DNA of 64,000 nucleotides from Rebecca billardiae RCC1528 (Eukaryota > Protista > Haptophyta). The stretch spans positions 2,108,001 to 2,172,000 of the forward strand of contig OZ251230.1 of the NCBI GenBank assembly GCA_965240325.2, in the 5' to 3' direction. Below are positions 46,056-57,763 of the stretch, in pieces. Below the pieces are notes generated by a model. The model saw nothing but the letters and a program-made list of their open reading frames with translations, was not told where the DNA came from and searched no databases. Numbering within the stretch: the first letter of the stretch is position 1; every line of letters begins with the position of its first letter. Made by a program: the position numbers and the translations under genes.

Positions 46056-46278
46056 TATAGTTTACTAAGAACAAGAGACGCACTACACATCAGCTCAGGC
46101 AGGCGAGATTGACGCCCGCCAACTGTCACCGCGGCCCATGAAGCCGTCGGCCGATTCAGGTAGCGCCGCCGGAAAAAGTCGTTCAGCCGTAGTCCGCCTG
46201 CGGGGCCTGGATGAGGGCTGCGGCCGCCTCGCGGCGCGCCAGCGCCCGTCGTCCTCGCCCCACCGTCGTCCACAAAAC
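46056..46278 (+). mobile_element. Degenerate left arm of the TA-CAGT MITE family
   Basis: Aligns to 35692-35900 over ~200 bp with several 1-3 nt insertions. Confidence 0.8.
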
Positions 46279-46579
46279 GTCGTCGTCCGAACTCGCCGAC
46301 TGGGCGCCGATGCGACCGTCAGTAGTTACGCGTAGTAATCTATCGATATATATATATGTGTGTGTGTGTGTATAATTAATAATTCGGTGACGAGCGCGAA
46401 TAATTCTGCTGAGGACGAGTATTCTGTGACTGCGGATGTGTATATGATGTTAGTGACTGCAAGCGGCGGCGACTGATTCGCAGTCATTATAATTGGCACA
46501 GTAGCGCGCCTGACGATGAGTGATGGCGCCCAAGCGGTAAGCTCGCAGACTCCGCATCGCGGGCCATTGGTCGCACAGT

Positions 46580-48304
46580 TCAGCCGCTGCTGTTGATCTC
46601 TCCCATGCGGCGAGTGTAAGGCGCGAAGAGCAGAGACGTGGCGATGCCGACAGTCGCGCAGCAGCTCGCGACAGCGAAGACGCGCCGGAAGCACTGCGGC
46701 CCAACGCAGTCATCGGAGCCCTCCTCGGTCACGGCCTCGTAGAGCAGAGCGCCTGTCGAATTGTACGCTAGCCCAGCCATGCCAGCCGTGACCGCAATCA
46801 GCCCGAACATCGTGCCGAAGTTCTCGATCGGGTAGTTCTCCGCAAGGATGGCCTGCGCTGCGACCCATGTCGTGCCGTAGGCCATCGACGAGACGAGCAC
46901 GAGCGTGTACACGGGCCACAGCTTCGGCTCGCCGTCTAGCCCACGAAGGCCGTACGTGGCTGAGGCGCAGGCGTACACAAGCGCAAAGAGGAGCAGCGCA
47001 TACGTCAGCCAGTGGCCGCGGCGAGCGAGCGGAAACTTGTTGCTGAGCAGTCCGAAGATGAAGCGGCCGCCGGCGTTCCCGATCGGGAAGAGCGACGTGA
47101 CGATCGACGCTTCCGTCACCGTGCCACCCGCGCTGGCCACAAACGCGCTCGTCGAGTTGATCACGAAGAGGCCTGAGCCGAACGCGACAAAGAGCGTGAG
47201 CTCGAGCAGCCAGAAGTCCGCGTGCATGCACACGTTCGCGAGGTGTGCGAGGGATGTCAGCTCATCGCGCAGTGCCACGGCGATCGGCACGTCGTGCTCG
47301 TCGTCATCGTGCTCCGCCTGTGCGTCCACAAAGTGCGTGTGCGAATCATCCGCCGCCTCCACGCTCGCGCCTGCCTCGGGAGCCGCTCCGGCGGCCGGCA
47401 GACCTCGAGCAAACGAGCTGGTCTGGCTGCCTTCACGCGAGTGGCTCCGCGAAGGCGTAAGGGACGCCTGCGGCGTGTGTTCGAGCGGCGAGGCCACGTC
47501 CTCAAAGTGCTCGCGGTGATAGTCCTCGATGAGGTGGCCGGGGTGTGGGTTTCCACCCGCGCGCGACATGAGGACCATGCCGCCGGTCCCCACGACGACC
47601 ATCCCGATGACCGCCCACGTGAAGAAGAAGTGGCTCAACACGCGGCCATCGTGCGACAACCCCGGGTACGTAGACGCGACGAGCAGCGAGCTCAGGCCGA
47701 AGCAGGTCGAGTGCGCGGCGATCACGCGTGCGCGGTTGACGAGCTTAGAGCGCTTCACGTTGGTGCCAAACGCACCGACGTTGATGAACGAGGCGGCCAT
47801 CCCTGTCACAAAGAAGCACACGGCGAGTATCGCCTCCGACGAGGTGTTCGAATCGGACCCCGCGTCGCGCAGACGGTTGTGCCCCTCCACGTGCAACATG
47901 GTCACTGCGACGGCACCGTTGCCCACGGCGACGAAGATTGTTGCCATGATGATTGTCAGCGGTGTGCCGAACGTGTCAAAGAAGGTGCCGGAGACCGGCT
48001 GCGCAAGGTACAGGCCAAAGTCATACGCGACGCCAAGAAGAGCCATTCTCGTCTGCGACAGGCCAAGCGTGTGCTTCAGGTCCTCCGCATACACACCAAA
48101 CGCGTACGGCGCGCCCGCGATCAGTGACATGCACATGCCCGCAAGCAACCCGATGAGCGGCACGCCCTGGATGTTGTGCTCGTGGTGATGCGCGTGCTCG
48201 GCGCCTGGTTCGACGCCGTTATCGCTTGGGCGCTCATGCCGTGGACGCAGGGCCGCACGGTCGTCCTCGGCGGCGGGCGCCGCAGCGCCTTCCGCCGTGG
48301 CCAT
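46580..48304 (-). CDS. MFS transporter, nodulin-like/NFD4/Mch1 type
   Basis: About 12 hydrophobic segments in two halves with a central loop; GAPYAFGVY..DLK..LGLSQT, ADFWLL, GNAGGRFIFGLLS, FGTMFG, CVGPQCFR. Confidence 0.88.
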   Translation of the reverse strand: MATAEGAAAPAAEDDRAALRPRHERPSDNGVEPGAEHAHHHEHNIQGVPLIGLLAGMCMSLIAGAPYAFGVYAEDLKHTLGLSQTRMALLGVAYDFGLYLAQPVSGTFFDTFGTPLTIIMATIFVAVGNGAVAVTMLHVEGHNRLRDAGSDSNTSSEAILAVCFFVTGMAASFINVGAFGTNVKRSKLVNRARVIAAHSTCFGLSSLLVASTYPGLSHDGRVLSHFFFTWAVIGMVVVGTGGMVLMSRAGGNPHPGHLIEDYHREHFEDVASPLEHTPQASLTPSRSHSREGSQTSSFARGLPAAGAAPEAGASVEAADDSHTHFVDAQAEHDDDEHDVPIAVALRDELTSLAHLANVCMHADFWLLELTLFVAFGSGLFVINSTSAFVASAGGTVTEASIVTSLFPIGNAGGRFIFGLLSNKFPLARRGHWLTYALLLFALVYACASATYGLRGLDGEPKLWPVYTLVLVSSMAYGTTWVAAQAILAENYPIENFGTMFGLIAVTAGMAGLAYNSTGALLYEAVTEEGSDDCVGPQCFRRVFAVASCCATVGIATSLLFAPYTRRMGEINSSG

Positions 48305-49263
48305 GCCTGCTGTCGGGTTTTCGGCGGCAAGGAGCCTCGCGCGGTCGCGCCTCCGCCGTCCTCGTGCTTGAGTCTGAACCGTCGAACCGACTTCGAACTC
48401 ACCCGCACGGGCACGGCCGCCACCGGCGACGAGGCCGCGCGCGGCTCGCGCCGCGCACGTTGCCCGGCGTCGTTGCCAGGCTCGTTGGCCCCGGCCCGGC
48501 GGCACGCAGCTTCTAATTGTAGATAGTCTGCTCGTACAACTTATAATAGCTCTGCGCTTGATCACTGATGCTGCATCAGAGCTGGTCACCGTCACCGATT
48601 TCATCGGCCGAGAATGAGCAACTCACTCATCAGACTCATCAGCAAAGGGCGCCGTACGGACTACGCCGTCGGAGTACGCGGGCAGCAGTCACCGGGCTGG
48701 CGCCACCGCGCCATGCGGCTGATGCGGCAGCCGGCATGCCGCGGGCCGGGCCCGGGAGTGCCACTGAGACCATCACGGACATTACGCGGTCCGACCCGGG
48801 TCGGACGGTTAAGTGGCCGGATCAGCGGCGGCATAAATCGCGGCGGTCATAGTAATTAGTATATATCATCAGTATACTTCCGAGTAGACCGACCGTTGGT
48901 GACTCACTGTCGTAGTGCCAAGTCACTGCACCTAAGTCGGCTCCGGGAGTCGGAGTCGGAGACTGGAGAGCGCCCGCGTGATATTAGACGCGCGCGGTCC
49001 AACCACTCCTGACTCCAACCTGAACTCCGCTCACCGCTGTCACGGATTGATTGGTTGCAGCCAGCTGCCGGGTATCCGACCTGAAGGATCTCAAGACGTC
49101 GAAGCCCCTCACTCACCACAGCGACTTGACTGCTGCGCGTGTCCGAACGGAAGACGGGAAGTGAACCACGCCATCTCCGCCGTTGCTTCCGAGACGCGCG
49201 CGCGCTCAAGGCCCTCGTCCTCACTCGTCCTCAATCAGCCTCGAGGGGGCCTCGGCCGAGGTG

Positions 49264-49461
49264 ATGATGTTTGAGGACCCCAAGAACCCACCGTCTCGCG
49301 CTCGCTCACCCAGGAGGAGTCCCTCGAGCGCATCGCTCAACTCCAAGTTGAACATCATATTTGATATCAACGAATCCATTTTTGGCACGCCCTCGCGGAC
49401 GCGCGCGCGGCGTGGCCTGGATTTCGAGCCGGCTTCCGCCATCGGCACGCCCAAGAAGTAG
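49264..49461 (+). CDS. Putative small protein (or last exon) with CDK-site and RxL-like motifs
   Basis: 65-aa ATG ORF containing SPRR, TPSR, RRGLDF and terminal TPKK. Confidence 0.35.
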   Translation: MMFEDPKNPPSRARSPRRSPSSASLNSKLNIIFDINESIFGTPSRTRARRGLDFEPASAIGTPKK

Positions 49462-49528
49462 GAACCAATCATTCCACTCCCCTCTTTCCCCTCTCCCTTC
49501 CCCCTTCCCCTTCCCCCTTCCCTTCCCG

Positions 49529-50230
49529 TCATCCGGCGGCCGGCAGCCCGAGCTTCGCGGCCTCCGCCTCCCGTAGGTCTGCCATCGGCGCCAACTTGGT
49601 GTACTCCTCGACAAGCGTCTCGATGCGCGTGGACAGCTCCAACGCCTTGTCCTTGTCCCCGCGCTTGGCGGCCTTGTCGATGCCCTTGAATGTTTGGAGC
49701 ACGTCGTCAGCGAGCGCCTCGGCCTTCGGAGCGTTCGCGCCGAGCCGCGGCGCAAGAGGCTGTAGCACGTCCTTGCGCAGGAAGGTGTCGTACAGGCGCG
49801 CCATGTTCTCCACCTCCTGCCAACGCTCGGCTTGGATCATCCCACGCAGCAGCGTGATGCTCTCGCCTCCAATCTCAGCGCGCAGTATGCGAAAAATGGC
49901 CTGAATCTCTCGAGGTCCCGCCATCTTTACGTACATCACATTGATCTTCTGGTCGCTGGCGGCGTGCGCGGCGCGTGGTGACATGACGAGCGTCTGCACT
50001 AGCGCCGCCGCCATCGGCACGCATGCCGTATACGCGCCCTGCAGCACTTCACGCCGCTTCCCCACAGATGCGAACGCCGTGGGCACCCGGCCGATACTAG
50101 TGGACGGAGTGCGATGCGGTGGGCTCGCCTGGATGCCACTGGCTAGTGCGGTCAGGACAGCCACGGCGTATGACCGACGGCTTCGACTTGAGCCTGGCTT
50201 GCAAGTGGGCGCGAACGCCATCGTCGTCAT
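49529..50230 (-). CDS. PsbQ-like thylakoid lumen protein
   Basis: Hydrophobic signal, then twin-Arg (KRREVL) and hydrophobic stretch ending AHA-A; four-helix domain ERWQEV...AEALADDVLQTFKGIDKAAKRGD typical of the PsbQ family. Confidence 0.7.
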   Translation of the reverse strand: MTTMAFAPTCKPGSSRSRRSYAVAVLTALASGIQASPPHRTPSTSIGRVPTAFASVGKRREVLQGAYTACVPMAAALVQTLVMSPRAAHAASDQKINVMYVKMAGPREIQAIFRILRAEIGGESITLLRGMIQAERWQEVENMARLYDTFLRKDVLQPLAPRLGANAPKAEALADDVLQTFKGIDKAAKRGDKDKALELSTRIETLVEEYTKLAPMADLREAEAAKLGLPAAG

Positions 50231-50449
50231 CGGCCGATGCCCGAAGTAAAACAAATAAACTGTATGGATACGCGATGTACAATGTATCATGATACATCGC
50301 GTACGGTTCGTGACGATGGTGATGAGTTAGACGACAATTACACTGGCGCCGAGTGGGGTATTTCCGAGACTGGCAGCTCAATGCTATTGTAGAGGCTTCG
50401 GATCGAGCGGTGCGACTGAGTATCAGTAAGTTAGTCGTCTAGCATTGAC

Positions 50450-51725
50450 GGCTCCGGCTTCGGTTGACCCCTGCCAGTCCGGTCATAGAAACCGGGCGTA
50501 CCGAAAATGAAAACGACCTTCGCGAGGTCGCACGGAGGCGGTCGAAGGCTTGCTGGACTCGGGTTGGCGAGCTGAGCGCGAATCCGCACCGTTTGCCGCG
50601 ATCGCTTGTTTTTACACGGCGCCAGAGCCCGATTTTCACCATTTCTACTGGGAGTCCGGGTACTTTTTTATTGGCCTTTTGCCCACTATGGTGGTGCGGG
50701 CGCGGGTCGCGTTGGACGTGCCCATCGTGTTCGACACCGACGTCTCGGACGAACAGCTGGGAGGTAATCTTGGCGACCGCGATGCCGAGCACCTCTTTGC
50801 GGTCGCGCGTGACCTGGAGATCGTGCACACGGTGTCTGACACGACCTCGTCAGTGCACCACGGTCGGTGCAAGCCTCTCTGCACGTTGCGCCGTCTCCGG
50901 ACCTCTGCAATCAGATCAAGGTGAACATGTCGAGGACGCACAACACGATGGAGCGGATGCTTTTCCATCTCGTCGTCGATATGCTCAGGCCTCTCTGTCT
51001 GGACGAGTACTTTGTGATCCTTACGCGCTCGACACTGCAAGTCGCGACGAGGGCGACTCACGAGCCCGAGACAAGCAGCAAGCGGCAGAAGGAGGCGGAC
51101 GGGCAGTGGTGGACGATGGGGGGGCGAGTCTGATTTCAAGCGATACGCGCGCATGGATCTTGACCGGCGCTCGCGCGAGCTGGGCACCGGCGAGATCGAG
51201 AGCGACACGATCGTCCGCGGCGTTGTCGTGCTCACGCCCGTGCAACCGATCACGCCTGACTTTCAGCGGCGCCCCAGCACGCGGCACGAGGCGGAGGCAC
51301 GCGGCAGCGGCGGCGGAGCGGCCGCGTCTGGCGGTGTACCAGCTGAGAGAAGAGCGCGGCACAATGCTATGCGCGCGCAGCTGACCAACCAGAGCGCGCT
51401 CGCAAGTGCGGGGCGGTGAGCTGCCGTGAGGCGTGACATGGTCATGGCGTGCGTATCACGTCGATGCATGAATGGAATACAAGTTCCGTCAGAAATACCC
51501 GCGTCAATATGCATTTACCCATGTTTCGGATTTCGGTCAGATTTCTGTATGTGTCACTTATAAAAATTGAGCCTGAAACATATTGGGAGGTGGGTGTATG
51601 CTCAATGTCGCTTTGAAGTCATCAATCCGGGGTCGGGAGGGACCCGGCTATATGGTCCGCTCGAGTGACTTCGACTCGGTTCTCAGAATGCCCGCCACTG
51701 GCAGGGGTCAACCGAATCCGGAGCC
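50450..51725 (+). mobile_element. 1276-bp TIR DNA element, 29-bp TIRs, TGAC 4-bp TSD
   Basis: Left GGCTCCGGCTTCGGTTGACCCCTGCCAGT; right ACTGGCAGGGGTCAACCGAATCCGGAGCC (1 mismatch); TGAC on both flanks (50446-50449, 51726-51729). Confidence 0.88.
50688..51419 (+). CDS. Unknown gene inside the TIR element; intron 50832-50914; apparent frameshift at G7 run 51118-51124
   Basis: Three coding-like frames joined by one GT-AG intron and by removal of one G in the homopolymer. Confidence 0.45.
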
Positions 51726-52230
51726 TGACACGGTCGATCAGAAGCTCGCGCGCGCAAAATATATGTACCGGCGACACTCGACGTTGAGCACCGACGAGTC
51801 CTCCCGAGCCCGGTGAGAGCGACAACCACAGTGGCGCGCGCCGCAGCATCTAGCTCGCTCGCCGAGTAGGGCGCACGTAAACACAGTGCGGCGCGTGGAC
51901 GAGCCACGAGGCGCGCGCGTCCCTCGTTGGGACGTGCAGATGGCGCGAGCCTCTCGCGCCTCAGCCAGATCCGAGCAGCACCGTGCCGCACGCCGCCGTC
52001 GATGGCTGGCAGCCGGCGGGCGGGTGGAAGTCAGCGGTGCCGCCCGGGTGGCCGCGGCGCTGGCCCATGCCTGCGCCTGCTGCCACTTCTGTCACAGGGT
52101 GTGCTGGGTGCATCTGTGCTCGCCAGGTGACGCCGTTAGCCTGTTGCACGCTCCTTCGATCGGGCGCACCTCCGTTGGCTGTGCGCCGTAGCGTGTAGTG
52201 AGAACCACGAGGACGAGCGCCGTCACCAGC

Positions 52231-53448
52231 TTACTCGAAGTAGAGCTGGTTGATGAGCACGGCGGTCGCGAGGAAGACGGCGGTCATCTCGTGTGACACC
52301 TTGGTCGGCATCAGCAGCTTGAACGTCTCCGCGTCCGTCATCGCGTCCATGCCCGGGTCCGGGAAGAACCGCTCGATCGATCCGAGCTTGTCGTCCTTGC
52401 CGTCCTTGTAGATGTTGAACGGCACCTCGCACCCGATAATGCAGCACTGCGTCGCCGTGCACGCGCACGGGCAGCACTTGAGGCTGCCCGAGCAGCAGTT
52501 GGGCACGGTGCCGCAGCAGCACGTCGGCTGCAATGCGCCGCGCCGGGCCGAGGCGGGCGGAGGGAGCGGAGGGGGCGTGAGCGGCGCACTCGTGGGGTCG
52601 CGCGCGTGCCGCCCACCCTCGCGCTCGCGCGCGTTCGCTCCACGCCGCGCGCGTGCGTGCCGCGCACCATCGAGATCTCGTATTCCACCTTGTCCTCCGC
52701 GTTGTACAGGTTGAAGTTGGGCGCGAGGCAGTAGCAGGACTCCTTCGCGCTGCCGAGCTTCACCTCGTTCTGCACGTCCTCGACGATCACCTCCTGCCGG
52801 CAGCAGCACTTGCAGCAGCCTGCCGGCATGCGGAACGGGCGGCGCACGTTCATGATCGCCGCGCCCCCTGGCTCCGCGCCCCAGTAGAAGGTCGTGTTCC
52901 ACGGCCGCGAGCCGCAGCAGAGCCTGTGGGGGCGCGGCGGCGGGGCGCGAGGCAGGGAGCGGCAGGCGCACGGCGCGAGCGATGAGCCGTCGCGCGCAGA
53001 GAGGTGGCGTGTGTGATATACCTCGCGCGGCACGCCAACCGTACGCGCGCGCTGCAGACTGGCCCACGAGGCGAGCGCGCGTGCGCAGGCGGCAGTTGTG
53101 CTCGCCCAGCATCGTGCTCGTCTTTTGCCGCGCGCGCGCACAGGGCGTGCACGTCGAGCACCGCGCGCGCGCGAGCGCGTACAGGCGAGCGATGCAGTTA
53201 GAGTCCTCCTGCACGTGCAGGAAGTTGCCGGAGTCCGCCACCTCCATGGACACCTTGAACTCCGACTCCGCCTCGCACAGGAAGCAGTCCTGCACGCAGT
53301 TCTTCTTCGCCTGCTTCAGGTAGAGCTCGTCCTGCTTCTCGAACACGCGGATCATCTCCTTCGGGTCGACGTCGGCGTCCGCGCCCGAGTTCTTGGCCTT
53401 GTCGGCGAGCAGCTCGCCCTCAGTCGGCATACCGCAAATGTTCCCCAT
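52231..53448 (-). CDS. Cys-rich phospholipid scramblase-like protein, paralogue 1; exons 53448-53183, 52923-52668, 52527-52231
   Basis: MGNICG (myristoyl/palmitoyl), EDSNCIARLLCC..RPW, RPFR..CCKCCC.QE, PTCCCG, DAETFKL, AVFLATAVLINQLYFE C-terminus. Confidence 0.85.
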   Translation of the reverse strand: MGNICGMPTEGELLADKAKNSGADADVDPKEMIRVFEKQDELYLKQAKKNCVQDCFLCEAESEFKVSMEVADSGNFLHVQEDSNCIARLYALARARCSTCTPCARARQKTSTMLGEHNCRLRTRARLVGQSAARAYGWRAARGISHTPPLCARRLIARAVRLPLPASRPAAAPPQALLRLAAVEHDLLLGRGARGRGDHERAPPVPHAGRLLQVLLPAGGDRRGRAERGEARQREGVLLLPRAQLQPVQRGGQGGIRDLDGARHARARRGANAREREGGRHARDPTSAPLTPPPLPPPASARRGALQPTCCCGTVPNCCSGSLKCCPCACTATQCCIIGCEVPFNIYKDGKDDKLGSIERFFPDPGMDAMTDAETFKLLMPTKVSHEMTAVFLATAVLINQLYFE

Positions 53449-56100
53449 CGCGCAACAGCCAAAGGAGAGAAGCTGCAGCGGCGGTGTGGCGGTAGGTGCC
53501 CGAAATGTGGGGAGCGTGCCGACGCGCAGCTTGCCCGCCGCCTTTTGAGCGCTGCGCTGACGAGATTCTCGAGCCGGAAACAGGGGCGCAGGACCCCAGC
53601 ACGCGAGCGCCCGGCGACGACGGGGCCCGACTCGAAACTGAAGGTTCGAGTGCATAAGAATCTGCGGCAGCAGCCAATCAGCTTGCGCGCCTGGCTGCGT
53701 CGGCACGCCCGGGAATAATTACGAGTGGCAAAAAATAGCAGCGCGCTGCTACATGATATGAGTACCCATGATGACGTGGTCTGATGGTTGGCGCCTGCCC
53801 GGGCCCGACCGGGGTAGGACACCTGGATACTTGTTGCAGCCTGCCGCTCAGCTTGTTATTCAGGCGGTATTGCGCGCGTGCCCACGCCTTTTGAGCATTC
53901 AGGCGGAAATACTAGTCTCGTCACATCCCTTCAAGGGCGCGGGCCGCGGGGCCACGCGGCCGGACCGGTCCGATCGCGGCCGAATCTGCGTGATCGTATG
54001 GAACGTCCGCGTCGCCGCGGCACGGTCTCAACAGCGGGACCGGCAAGATGCCCGGCTGTGGAGTGCGGGCGTGGCGGCAGTAGCGACTGTCGCAACTTAC
54101 ACGCCTGTGGAAGGACGCGGCAGCGGCAGCGTCTTGTTCCCGGCGGCAGCCGCGAAAACAGCGTCTTGACGTTCCCGTTCCCGGCAGCAGATGTTCCCGG
54201 CGGGCATGACATAAGGTCTGGGAGAAAGCAGCAGTCAGCGTCGTTGCACATGCAGGCAAGAGTACACACGGTGCGAGCCTTCGCAAGCCTGGTTATCAGT
54301 GACCCCACCCACCCACCCACCCGCCCACCCACCCCCTATTAATGGCGCCCTATGCACCCTTCCTGCACCACCACCCCCCCCTTCCTGTTTGCCGATGGCC
54401 GCGCCCGTTGAATCGGCCGAACGATAGCACGCGGCCTGCGCCTCGGGTAGTCTACGCAACGCAGTGCGTAGTGCACGTAATAGGTGGGCTGGGCTAGGGG
54501 TAAGGGGAATACAGTCTGCGCGCCCCCATAGCACAAACTAGCCTATGCGCCATCTGCTGCGTATTCGCCTCTCAAGTCTCGATTCTCGACTGGCCCGGAA
54601 GTCTCGGCGACCCGACCGCCACAGACCGATCTGTGTCTCGATGTCACGCTCACACTGCCATGGGCACTGGCACTGGCGGGCTGATGCAGCTGGCCGGTGC
54701 CGATCACCTAGACACCGGCGCCCTAGGCTTGACGAATAATGCCGAGCCAAACTCCGGGGCTAGCTACGCAATGCATCACCGCGCAGTCAATATTCTTCTG
54801 GCTAAATCTTCTGCTTGGCAGTATGCCTACTGTCTTAACTATAACGTGACCGCGCCAGAGGGCCACGCGAGCCCCGTGACCCGCGCCGACTGTACTCGAT
54901 GTGACTGGGTCAGTGGCTAATTTACCATCGAATGCAAGCGGGGCGGGTGCGGGGTGGCGGCGGGTGGCGCGGCAGGCTCAGCCTGACTAAATGCCTAATT
55001 CATCCGGATTCAATCATGACCTCCGACGGGCATGGCGATACATTGTTTATTACATGTATATCTAGTATTAGTTACGACCTCACCCTCATCCAAGTGCTCC
55101 GGACCGGGCGCTCGGCCGCGGCGGCACTCTGCCGTCGCCGCCGCGTGCCCCATTCCCAGGCCGAGGCGGTGCTCCATCCCGGCCGGCCGCTCCCATGGCC
55201 ATGTTACATGTAGCGGCGGCATGAGCATCCGCCTTCCGCTGCATCCGGCATCGTGATCGACGGTGATCGTAGCTTGATCGTCAATAATCAGCGCAGAATA
55301 TATATTTATAATCGGATGCCGTAGCGTCGCATGGCTAGTGAGTCGGGCACTCGCTGCGCCTGCTGTTCGGCGGCACTCGGCCAGTCATCGCCATCGGGCT
55401 CGGCCCGGCGACTCGGCGGGCCGCGCGCGGGACCGCAGTCAGGCACGTAACGACCGGGTCCGGGGCCCCGCGGGCCCGCGGGCTCCGCGACGGTGCCGGC
55501 ACTCGGCAGTCGACATTATTGTCCGGGCCGCGCGTAACTCGTAAGGATGCTGATGACTGCTATATATTATTGATATTCGTCAGTGACTGCTCAGCATGCA
55601 CTCCTGCTGACTACCGTGAACCTCAAGCTCCTCAGCGACGGACTGAGTCGTGTCAGTGTCCGCTGAGCAACTCAGCAAGGCCAAGCAGTGGCCTCGGAAT
55701 CCGATATTGACGGCATTCATAATTGCGGACCCGCGGGACTGAGTACAGTAGCTGCTCGGAGTAGCTCAGTAGTGATGCCGCCGTAGTACGTCCGTAATAA
55801 AGTTCTCTGCTAAGAGTACTCGGGCCGAGTGCCAATAAGTCGGCAAAATATCTCATATTATACTTATAATATATATATTAATACTAGATCCGGAATCATC
55901 ATCAGTGATTGCAGAGTGAACTTCGGGCCGTACTGGGCTCGGACGCTGCCGCCGCGCTGGCCGTCTGCCCGAGGCTGCCGCGCCTCCCGGTGGCATCCTG
56001 TCCCACGCCAATGGCTCGGTACTCGGTACCGGATCAGTCTAGCCTAACTACGGTAGTAGTTTGAACTTGAGTGAGCTGCCGGACTCTCTCTCTCTCTCTC

Positions 56101-57106
56101 TCGTCCGGTGGATTTGCATTTGGCACCTTTTTGTCTGCGCTGCCGCTGCCCATGTATGATGTAACCTCGGCAACGCGGTTCGAGGTGGTCGAGCGAGACC
56201 TAAGCTGAGCTTGGAGCTCGGGGAAACAATTCGCGTCTCGATATCTGCTCCCGTTCGGTAGTTATAAGTTATGGCCGAAAACATGGTGCCTTGTCATTTT
56301 TGGGCCCGCCTGTTCACCCAGTGGTTTCACTGTGAAATGGCGGAGGTCATATCTCACGAACCACAGACCGTAGCACTAGCAAGCTCGGGATTGTTTCAGT
56401 GCCGCGCGTTCCTACCAGGCGAGCTTAGAAGAAGCACGAACAAGTTTGAGCCCGTATCAATACTTGCGCTCGGTGACGGTCGCGGCGGCCAGCATTAGTA
56501 AGCAAGAGCCAACAGACTAGCTGCGTCGGGCTAAATATTAATCGTCATTATAATAATAACTATATATATAGATATATACACGGCGTGGCGCGCGCGCCTC
56601 AGCGCGCCCTCGCGCCCCGCCGCCGCCGAGCGCGCGCTGCTCGGCACCATGCGGCGCGAGCTGGGCATGCGCTGCCTGCGTGGCCAGGCCAAGATGCTCA
56701 TCGCCCGCGCGCGCATGGCGCACGTGCGCCCGGGGGCACGCGCCCACGGGGGCGCTGCATACGACGACTACTTCGAGACGACGGCTGACGACGCGTGGCA
56801 CCGCGACCACCGCGGTGGCGCGCGCGCGTCGACGCCAGACGGTGCGTCGAGCTTCCGCTCGGCGATGGAGTGATGGGCGACTACGAGGGGGGGGGGGACG
56901 ACGGCGAGGAGCGCTGATCCTGGTGTTTGTCTCTGCTGCTCGATCTGCTGCTACAGCTTGCTGACTCTGACGCCTGCCCGTTGCCAAGTACCACGTCGTT
57001 AATAATATATATGGCCCGCCATATACTTAAGCAGCCCGACGAAGTACTAAGAAGGCGGTCCTAGTGCTCTGTGAGAGCCAGGTGTGCCAAATGCAAATCC
57101 ACCGGA

Positions 57107-57109
<3 letters not shown>
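56101..57109. mobile_element. ~1-kb non-autonomous TIR element between (CT)n and (TA)n tracts
   Basis: Perfect 26-bp inverted repeats: TCGTCCGGTGGATTTGCATTTGGCAC at 56101-56126 and its reverse complement at 57084-57109. Confidence 0.82.
56583..56873 (+). mobile_element. Possible 5'-truncated non-LTR retrotransposon C-terminal fragment nested in the TIR element
   Basis: GC-rich island starting right after a TA tract; peptide TMRRELGMRCLRGQAKMLIAR resembles the RLSxxxQRGNA C-terminal motif of RLE (CRE-type) elements. Confidence 0.3.

Positions 57110-57166
<57 letters not shown>
57109..57166. repeat. (TA)n microsatellite
   Basis: Visible run. Confidence 0.95.
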
Positions 57167-57171
<5 letters not shown>

Positions 57172-57763
57172 CCGCATGGTTACATTCAGAGTCAGCTGGC
57201 GGTGCAACGACTTCTGCTCAGACAATATATCTTGAAAGGGCTTTCGTCCACGGGATCCGATGACGACGATGACGCCGGGATCCTGCCGTGGTCTGGTCAC
57301 CTGGTCTGGCGGTGACGGCTGACGCCATGGCCATGGGCCCGACACCGGACACGCTCCCGCGCCGGGCGCCTCGGGCTCGGACGGCTCGGTCTCGGACCGC
57401 GCGAAAGCCGAATGCCCCCGGCCCCTGGGGGGGGCATTGCTACCGGACTGGCGCGGGCCGTAATCAAATGTACCCGCTTGAAATAGAGGAAGCCAATTTC
57501 AAATAGGAATGTGGTTCGATTTGGCGTATGACCAGTGCGGGGAACGCCCCTGACGAGTCCGCCGGCGGCGACGCCGCGCAGTCCGCGGACGGACCAGCCG
57601 GGCAGCAGGCCGTCCGGCGCCCCGACGGGCAAGCCTGCCGCCGTCAGTTCAGGCATGCCCAGAGAGTCGCACTCGCGCTCGTCGCGTGTGCCCTCGGCGC
57701 TCAGTCACGTCCATTGCCAGCGACACACGCGCCGAAGCAGGCGAGGCGTGAGCGGTGAGGCCT

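Noticed and set aside
50450-51725. Fanzor/TnpB-type RNA-guided nuclease element
   Set aside because: No RuvC or zinc-finger motifs seen in any frame.
53700-56050. Short ORFs in the spacer between the scramblase paralogues
   Set aside because: No coding bias or motifs; the sequence has the stuttered intergenic texture.
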